Assembly (NCBI GenBank): GCA_044869275.1
Contig: JBIOXB010000034.1
Span: 1-64,000 of the forward strand
Length of the DNA stretch: 64,000 nucleotides
Reading direction: 5' to 3'
Source of the DNA: a bacterium
GTDB lineage: Bacteria; Zhuqueibacterota; Zhuqueibacteria; Zhuqueibacterales; Zhuqueibacteraceae
Shown: in pieces, positions 58,201-64,000 of the stretch
How positions within the stretch are numbered: the stretch's first letter is position 1
Layout of the letters: every line of letters starts with the position of its first letter
Program-made: the position numbers and the translations under genes
Notes under the pieces: generated by a model
The model's input: the letters and a program-made list of their open reading frames with translations, nothing else
Told to the model about the DNA's origin: nothing
Databases searched by the model: none

Positions 58201-58614
58201 GCTGTCTGGCCGCTGCTGCGTGAGCCAAAGAATGGCGTGACCGCCAGCGACATTGCCTTGATGGTGCCCGGCCGCCAGTAATGAATCAAAGAACGCATGC
58301 CCGGCGACGAATCTTCGTTGGTAAACGTAAATATAAGCCGTAGTCTCGTAGAGAGGGGGATAGACATCTTTTTCCTGGAGCAGGCGCACCGTCAGTCGAT
58401 GCGCTTCGGCGTAGTCGCCTCTTCCCATGGCTAAACGAACCTGGGGGTAGGTTTGGGGCATTTGCTGCTCCCGCGCCGCGCTGGGGCTGCCGGCGGACAA
58501 AGCGCAAACCGCGAGGGCAATGGCTGCCGGTTGGCGCAGAAACAGGATACACCTCGCCCTGGGGTTAGGTGCGCTGGTAGAATCGGAAATCCTTGGGGAA
58601 ATGGCACTGATCAT
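55294..58614 (-). CDS. TPR-CHAT protease 1
   Basis: VPDGALHALPFE, WLHIASH, VLSGCET, SLWKVDD, HWAAF; signal-like N-terminus and C-terminal TM. Confidence 0.92.
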   Translation of the reverse strand: MISAISPRISDSTSAPNPRARCILFLRQPAAIALAVCALSAGSPSAAREQQMPQTYPQVRLAMGRGDYAEAHRLTVRLLQEKDVYPPLYETTAYIYVYQRRFVAGHAFFDSLLAAGHHQGNVAGGHAILWLTQQRPDSTVKYARLAVLENSQCVYPYEIFVEKSFECKSNQAALELLQRWRPQRPENWRLAYAIASWYSLHSQHKVAVDTLRALLASNIRHWRIYFSLGQGLWLTASWQEAKRAYDEGLAYCDQVNDEEGKVRLLYGRAQAEQALGQWQAAVATLQQGLDLTRRIGNRLREGWLLSLLGEIQLKQQQWLQARQTFEAVVQCARNYALGDLLLHAYYYLSQLADNIGKRSEALQYTYMAYHVADSLGMKTYAGSLIQRVALIELSAGREAQALELLQEALQYALAHGLDWQLPYLHQNLACNLDLLGKHPEALLHCEAAQRLAGKRNNAEQLLNLKLLRAKILFPLKRTREARALLAEAAESARHAGLMAAFTEAQILFAQREMGAGQYRQAKQRLAGTLAALPETPAYETNLRMLALFAEIAWRTGERPQALKVYEDALKIILAQMPGFGSEHLSSLSRVEREVFFSLSRAYAEMGQIARALVETERARDLIVKRKRWHAQQLAHASRDSTIIRKLASLDAMLQEARLQRAATNSTSLQLDWAAKIAEGERQQQAVQGAVKPWLETLPFDLSHFRRSLNSRQEIALSFFVGDSSTLVFFLAPDTLQFAAIAIGRRSLEQGLLRIHAGMSTGHAEPLARGKMQLNTAAAHDLYRLLLQDFLEQRPETALAIVPDGALHALPFEILTLSSGQGRAPFLVERFAVRYGSTLTDLQQDGQDYLPVKSFLLAAAPAAPPAETNGLIAQRDADRRAGTVGHLEAEIIRSMVQCKTDLAGANLTRDSLLLAMQQSDWLHIASHCTWRPAEPLFGEIDLVTPPGRSEPQRLFAFEIFQMALPVQMAVLSGCETVRGTFVDSEGFEGFVQAFRAAGAPSVIASLWKVDDFPTSEFFRAYYKALRAGQSTMRALQTAKLEMLANPNYDFTHWAAFAYYGRDWRVQLPAPWGIKEALVLAGMIVVLFLAGWQVAVRLRKHEIKFHNK

Positions 58615-58756
58615 GTTTTTCGATTTTAAACAATAGTTTCCTCGTCACCCGGAAGCCCTCCTGGCCGGCGTTGCGGAAGAGAGACAACGCTTCGATAGAC
58701 CTTGCCAAATTCACCAAGATTCTCTCAGACTGTCATCAGGCTGAAGCGGCCGTAAA

Positions 58757-59815
58757 TTATCGCCACTCCTCCATGATTTCCTCGAACGCCGCACGACCGG
58801 GGCGTACGCGCGACTCCGGCAGGGTGGCCAGCGGCGCGTCGATCATGTTCAAGACCTCGATGAAATCCGGCGAGGTCGTGGTGATATAGACCACACCGGT
58901 AAGCACCTCGCCTTTTTCACGGGCCTCGGCCAGGCGGCGCAGGGCATCGAACTTTTGCGAGGGATCGTAATTTTCCGGCAGCTTGCTGAGCAGCAAGCGC
59001 GAGCCGTCGTGCAATTCCACTTCTTTCGTCGTACCCGGCTCATACTCGACGGTAATGTCCTCAAAAAACGGCACGAACCCGAGATCGCTCAATTTTTCTT
59101 CGTGATCCTTTACGTAGCTGTAGCTTTTGGTCGAGCCTTCGTGATCGTTGAAGGTGACACAGGGCGAAATGATGTCGAGCAGCGCCGTGCCGCGGTGTGA
59201 GATGGCCGCTTTCAAAATAGTGGTCAATTGCTTCTTGTCGCCGGAAAACGCGCGCGCCACGAACGTGGCGCCGAGATCGATGGCCATAGCGCAGGTATCC
59301 ACGCCCGGCAGATCGTTGATCACCCCGGTTTTTAGTTTCGAGCCGCGCTCGGCCGTGGCGGAAAACTGGCCCTTGGTCAAGCCATACACGCCGTTGTCTT
59401 CAATAATATAGATCATGGGCAGATTGCGGCGCATCAAATGCACGAACTGCCCCATGCCGATGGAGGCGGTGTCGCCGTCGCCGCTCACTCCTAGAATGAA
59501 CAGATCGCGATTGGCCAGTGCCGCGCCGGTGGCCACCGCCGGCATGCGGCCATGCACGGCGTTGAAGCCGTGCGAAGGCTCGAGAAAATACGCCGGCGAT
59601 TTGCTGGAGCAGCCGATGCCGGAAAACTTGGCGACGTGATACGGATCGACACCCATTTCATAAAACGCATCGATGATGCGCTCGGAAATCGCATTGTGGC
59701 CGCAGCCGGCGCACAGCGTGGTTTTGCCGCCGCGATATACGCTTTGTTCTAAACCCAGGCGGTTGACCTTGGGCTTGGGCGCGGAGGGGGGCAGTGTTTC
59801 AGTGGCGAGAGCCAT
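58757..59815 (-). CDS. 2-oxoacid:ferredoxin oxidoreductase beta subunit
   Basis: CAGCGH, SGIGCSS, HGRMP, GDGD, YGLTKGQ. Confidence 0.95.
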   Translation of the reverse strand: MALATETLPPSAPKPKVNRLGLEQSVYRGGKTTLCAGCGHNAISERIIDAFYEMGVDPYHVAKFSGIGCSSKSPAYFLEPSHGFNAVHGRMPAVATGAALANRDLFILGVSGDGDTASIGMGQFVHLMRRNLPMIYIIEDNGVYGLTKGQFSATAERGSKLKTGVINDLPGVDTCAMAIDLGATFVARAFSGDKKQLTTILKAAISHRGTALLDIISPCVTFNDHEGSTKSYSYVKDHEEKLSDLGFVPFFEDITVEYEPGTTKEVELHDGSRLLLSKLPENYDPSQKFDALRRLAEAREKGEVLTGVVYITTTSPDFIEVLNMIDAPLATLPESRVRPGRAAFEEIMEEWR

Positions 59816-61655
59816 TGGTATTCTCCTGGGATAAAATGTCGTTGACGAGGGCGCGCGCTGTGACCGGCAGGCCGGTATAGTAGCGCACGCTGCGCAGCCT
59901 GGGCCCGAGCTCGGCGGCGAGCTCCAAGCGCAACAGGCTGTGCATTTGGCCGTCGCGATTTTGGTCGATGACGTAAATGCGCTCGTGCCGTTTGATGAAG
60001 TCCGAGACTTCGCCGTTGAAGGGAAAAGCGCGCAGGCGCAGATAGCTGGTTTCCAATTGCAATTCGTTCTCCATCATTTCGCGTGCTTCTTGAATCGCGT
60101 AATGGCTGGTGCCGTAGCCGATGATGCCGATTTCGGCAGTGGGTTGCATTTCAATCTCCGGCCGCGGCACATGCGCGCGCGCGGTGTCGAATTTCTTCGC
60201 GAGGCGATCCACGTTTTTGCGATAATCGCCCGGCCGCTCGGAATATTGCGCGCGCTCGTTGTGGCCGCTGCCGCGCGTGAAATACGGCGCCAGGCGGTGT
60301 TTGGTCAGCGGCAGCGTGCGATATGGAATGCCGTCGCCGTCGGCGTCGCGGTAGCGCGCAAACTCGCCGGCCTTTTCCAAATCTGCGGCGGACAAGACTT
60401 TGCCGCGCGCGATCGGCTTCTCCGGATATTCGAAAGCATCGGACATCCACAAATTCATGCCCAGATCCAAATCACTCATCACGAATACCGGCGTTTGAAA
60501 TTTTTCGGCGAGATCGAAAGCTTCGATGGCCATGGCGAAACATTCGGCCACGGAATTGGGCAGCAACATGAGGTGTTTGGTGTCGCCGTGCGAAAGATAC
60601 GCGGTCGATAAAATGTCGCCTTGCATGGTGCGCGTGGGCAAGCCGGTCGAAGGACCGACGCGCTGGATGTCGAAAATGACCACGGGTATTTCCGCGTAAT
60701 AACCCAGGCCCACGAATTCCGACATCAAGGAAATGCCCGGCCCGGAGGTGGAGGTCATGGCGCGTGCGCCGGCCCAGCCCGCGCCCAGAGCCATGCCCAC
60801 CGCGGCCAGTTCATCCTCCGCCTGCACGATGGCAAACGTGGCCTTCTTGGTTTCAGGATCCAAACGATAGCGCTTGGCATAGTCGATGAACGTTTCGCAC
60901 AAGGACGAAGAAGGCGTGATCGGATACCAGGTGGCCACCGTCGCGCCTGCGAACATACAACCGAGCGCCGCTGCGGCATTGCCATCGATAATGAGCTTGC
61001 CCGCGGTCTTGTTCAAACGCTCGACGCGATAAGGGTCCCTTTTGACGAGATTTTTCTCCGCGTAAGCGTAGCCGGCTTTGGCCGCATCCATGTTCATGGC
61101 CGCGGCCTTGGCCTTGCTCTTGAATTGTTTGAGCAGGGCCTTTTCGATTTCCGCCATGTCAATGCCGAGCAAATACGCCAGCACGCCGTCGTAAATCATG
61201 TTGCGTACGAGCTTGCGCAATTTCGGCACGGGACATACGGGCGCGACGAGCTTGTCGAACGGCACGGGATAAAAAATGACGTCCTGGCGCAGCTTGTCGG
61301 AGGCGAGCGGCTCATCAAAAACCACGACGGCACCGGCTTCCGCCGTCATCACGTCTTCGTGCGCAGTGTCGGAATTCATCACCACCAGAATCTCATTGCG
61401 CTCGCGCCGCGCGATGTGACCGTCTTTATTGACGCGTATGGTGAACCAGGTCGGCAAGCCTTGAATATTGGAAGGAAATAAGTTTTTGCCCGAGACCGGA
61501 ATGCCCATCTGAAAGATGGCGCGCAGCAGCACCAAGTTCGAGCTTTGGCTGCCGGTGCCGTTGGCGGTGGCGACGTGGATGCTGAAGTCATTGATGCAGG
61601 GATGGCCATTCCGCGAAAGCGTGCTGGGCGCAGGTGCAGCAGCAACAGGTTCCAC
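59799..61655 (-). CDS. 2-oxoacid:ferredoxin oxidoreductase alpha subunit
   Basis: YPITPSS, QAEDE, TSGPG, QRVGPSTGLPT. Confidence 0.95.
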   Translation of the reverse strand: MEPVAAAPAPSTLSRNGHPCINDFSIHVATANGTGSQSSNLVLLRAIFQMGIPVSGKNLFPSNIQGLPTWFTIRVNKDGHIARRERNEILVVMNSDTAHEDVMTAEAGAVVVFDEPLASDKLRQDVIFYPVPFDKLVAPVCPVPKLRKLVRNMIYDGVLAYLLGIDMAEIEKALLKQFKSKAKAAAMNMDAAKAGYAYAEKNLVKRDPYRVERLNKTAGKLIIDGNAAAALGCMFAGATVATWYPITPSSSLCETFIDYAKRYRLDPETKKATFAIVQAEDELAAVGMALGAGWAGARAMTSTSGPGISLMSEFVGLGYYAEIPVVIFDIQRVGPSTGLPTRTMQGDILSTAYLSHGDTKHLMLLPNSVAECFAMAIEAFDLAEKFQTPVFVMSDLDLGMNLWMSDAFEYPEKPIARGKVLSAADLEKAGEFARYRDADGDGIPYRTLPLTKHRLAPYFTRGSGHNERAQYSERPGDYRKNVDRLAKKFDTARAHVPRPEIEMQPTAEIGIIGYGTSHYAIQEAREMMENELQLETSYLRLRAFPFNGEVSDFIKRHERIYVIDQNRDGQMHSLLRLELAAELGPRLRSVRYYTGLPVTARALVNDILSQENTNGSRH

Positions 61656-61829
61656 GATGTTCCTCTCCGAAGATAAACAAGCAATTGAGGTGATTTATAC
61701 CCAAAAACCGCAATGGCAAATCCGCACGGCGAAAGCCATGGCGCTTGCGGCGCGTGTTGCATTTGCAAGAGCAGGTTTTGCAGATGTTCAACAAAGAATT
61801 ATAAAATATAGCGAGGGAAGAGGCGAAAA

Positions 61830-62738
61830 TCAATTCCTTTCTTGAAACATTTCCATTTGATCGGAGCGGGGTCCGGCGGCGATCGCTTCCAATACCGGGA
61901 AACGCCGGCGCAAGTTCTCCGGGATGCGATGGCGCTTGCCCAGCAAGGCGAATTGCAGCTGCAGCGCATTGGCTAGGGACTGGCCTTGGGGGTAATTGTG
62001 GAAAACAATGTAGCACGACCCGGCCCGGTTACTCAAGCTGCGCACCGTGGCGGAAAGATGGGCAATCTCTTCGGGCCCGTAGGCGTAATCATAACGCTCG
62101 TCGCGGCCGGCGCTTTGTGCCAGCCATTTCTGTTGATTGCGGCCGTTCAACCGCAGGTACGCGACATTTTTCTGAACGGCTTCGCGCGGCTCGGGCTGAT
62201 CTGCGTATTGCGGCTGATCCACAAAAGCCACGGCCACGCCGAGCGAAGGCAAGCGCGGCAACAGCGCCGACTGCCGCCAGGAAGCGTGCAACACTTCCAC
62301 CACCACCGGAAATCCCACGAACGCATCCAGCAAGCGCCACAGCCATTCCTCGTTGCTGTTGGTATTTTGGAAGGAAGCGGAGAAGGGCAGGACCAATGCG
62401 CCGAGACGCCGGGATTCTTGCAGAGGCAGCAAACCGCGCTTGACGGTCTCGACGTCCGTTTTCCACGAAGAGGAGCGTTCGCGCACCAGCTTTTCCCACA
62501 CGCGCACGGCAAAATGCAAATGCGGGTTTGCCTGTGTTTGCGCCAGCCAGTATTGCGTGGTTTTGGCGTCGGGAGGATGATAATAGGAAGAAGTGATTTC
62601 GATCACATCGAACAGCCTGCTCAGCGCGGCGATCTCGGAAGGCGCTTCCGGCGCGTTGAGCAAATTCTGCCAATCTGGGTGCGACCAGCCCGCCACACCG
62701 ATGAACAGATTTGGAGCAATCATGAAGGCGGCGCCCAT
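61830..62738 (-). CDS. DUF72 domain protein
   Basis: IGVAGWSHPDW, IEITSSYY, YLRLNGRN, RYDYAY. Confidence 0.88.
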   Translation of the reverse strand: MGAAFMIAPNLFIGVAGWSHPDWQNLLNAPEAPSEIAALSRLFDVIEITSSYYHPPDAKTTQYWLAQTQANPHLHFAVRVWEKLVRERSSSWKTDVETVKRGLLPLQESRRLGALVLPFSASFQNTNSNEEWLWRLLDAFVGFPVVVEVLHASWRQSALLPRLPSLGVAVAFVDQPQYADQPEPREAVQKNVAYLRLNGRNQQKWLAQSAGRDERYDYAYGPEEIAHLSATVRSLSNRAGSCYIVFHNYPQGQSLANALQLQFALLGKRHRIPENLRRRFPVLEAIAAGPRSDQMEMFQERN

Positions 62739-62885
62739 GAAGAATCAATAAAACGCGCTTATCATCCTTCTGGTTTTCATTCCTCTTGCCCGCTAAGGTG
62801 GCGGAATATAACAGAAAACCCTGCGCGGCACAAGCGCTTTCTCCCTAAAGTTGCTCTGATTGCGCCACCTCAAATTTCTTGGATT

Positions 62886-62942
62886 TTGGATGCCTGCCTT
62901 GGCAGGCATGACATTAAGAAGGAGTTTTTCGGCAACCCGTTG
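62886..62942. repeat. Half copy of the 8456-type element
   Basis: TGGATGCCTGCCTTGGCAGGCATGAC then GTTTTTCGGCAACC, matching the right half at 8538-8592. Confidence 0.65.
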
Positions 62943-63315
62943 AACCGCGCCGGTGTTCGTCGCAGACTCACCGCAACTTGAAATGAAATGGCAATACCAC
63001 CCAAACCGCCACCGGCGTATCCTGCTGCAAGGCGGGAATGAAAAGCCACTGCCGCGCAGCTGCAAGCGCCAGTTTTTGAAATCGGAATTTAATCGTGGTT
63101 GCATTTTGCAGGCCGGCGCTAGCACAGGCCATATCATTGCTTCAGAAGCAAGTGTTCACGAATGAGATTGCACGCTCGCCGTCATGGTCGTCCGTCATCG
63201 CAACAAGATGAGTTTTCTGGATTGGGATAATTTTGCGCCAGCCAGAAACGGGTGGGTGATGGTGTTTCTTTGCGGAGCAAATGCTAGCGAGCATGAAGGC
63301 CTTTGTGGGCAAGCA

Positions 63316-64000
63316 TTAGTACAACGCCGAAGAAAACTTGCGGCGATAATTCTGTGTCAGCGCGTGTTCGCTTCCCAAAAATGTGAACAATGCCACGCAG
63401 GCGCGGCGCGCGCCGTCGTCATCCAACTGGCGATTGGTCAGCATGGTTTCGATCCAGGCTTCGAACGCGGCGGCAAAATCGCCGCGGCGCAGAGCTTCGA
63501 TGCCCTGCCAGTATAATTCCCACCCTGGCGCATTCCCGGCCGGCGGGGTGTTTTCCATTTGCAGCAAACGATGCAAAGTCCGCAGCGCTTGCACACGATC
63601 ATACAGCGGGCTGGATTCATCGAGGCCTTCGATAGCAGCCAGCGCTTGCTCAGCATTCTCCAAAAAAACCTGCTCGGCCAGCAATACGCGCGCTTCGAGA
63701 TTCTGGCCGTCTGCTTGGATCGCGCTGTGCAAGAGCTTCCTGGCTTTTTCTCCTTCGCCGCGCGCGAGCGCTGCCTTGGCCTCTTGCAGCTTTGATTTCG
63801 AAGCACTCGGCAAATGCGTCTCCAGCCAGCGTCGCACTTGCGTCTCCGGCAATGCGCCGGTAAATTCCGCGATCATTTCACCCTGATGGAACATTTTCAC
63901 CGCGGGGATGCCGCGAATGCCCCAGGCGGCCGAGAGCTCGGGATTGGCATCGGTGTTGATTTTGACCAAACGCCATTGACCCGAGGCCTGTTTCTCTAAT
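63316..64000 (-). CDS. Thioredoxin-TPR (YbbN/CnoX-like) protein, 5' end outside window
   Basis: VKINTD...GIRGIPAVKMF...FTGALPE, YRRKFSSALY. Confidence 0.88.
   Translation of the reverse strand, partial: LEKQASGQWRLVKINTDANPELSAAWGIRGIPAVKMFHQGEMIAEFTGALPETQVRRWLETHLPSASKSKLQEAKAALARGEGEKARKLLHSAIQADGQNLEARVLLAEQVFLENAEQALAAIEGLDESSPLYDRVQALRTLHRLLQMENTPPAGNAPGWELYWQGIEALRRGDFAAAFEAWIETMLTNRQLDDDGARRACVALFTFLGSEHALTQNYRRKFSSALY

Noticed and set aside
49624..58614. Type III-E CRISPR Craspase locus
   Set aside because: No Cas7-11, array or recognisable Csx30/Csx31; the resemblance is only an analogy.

Overview
GC-rich bacterial chromosomal window. The T9SS-like PorV and FlgD-Ig/CTD proteins, Reg_prop sensor and kinase-TPR proteins suggest an FCB-group organism such as candidate division KSB1 (inference). 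Ordinary genes include mlaEFD with a fatty-acid hydroxylase, a class III aminotransferase, solA, a PP2C phosphatase, a glycosylation cluster, 2-oxoacid:ferredoxin oxidoreductase, DUF72, a thioredoxin-TPR protein, several toxin-antitoxin modules and a 2828-aa secreted SGNH/Ig-repeat protein. The best candidate for an undescribed system is at 49.6-58.6 kb: two tandem, paralogous TPR-CHAT (caspase-like) proteases predicted to face outside the cytoplasm, next to an ECF sigma factor, a zinc-finger/TM/TPR anti-sigma factor and a divergently transcribed tiny CxxC/Pro-Gly lipoprotein. Other notable items: three promoter-to-terminator units without a normal gene (one sigma54-type; candidate sRNAs or leaders), an inverted octamer tandem array that pairs fully only as + strand RNA, several nested MITE/REP-like elements, four genes collapsed by internal deletions, and two probable pseudoenzymes. 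No rRNA, tRNA, CRISPR array or intact transposase was recognised.
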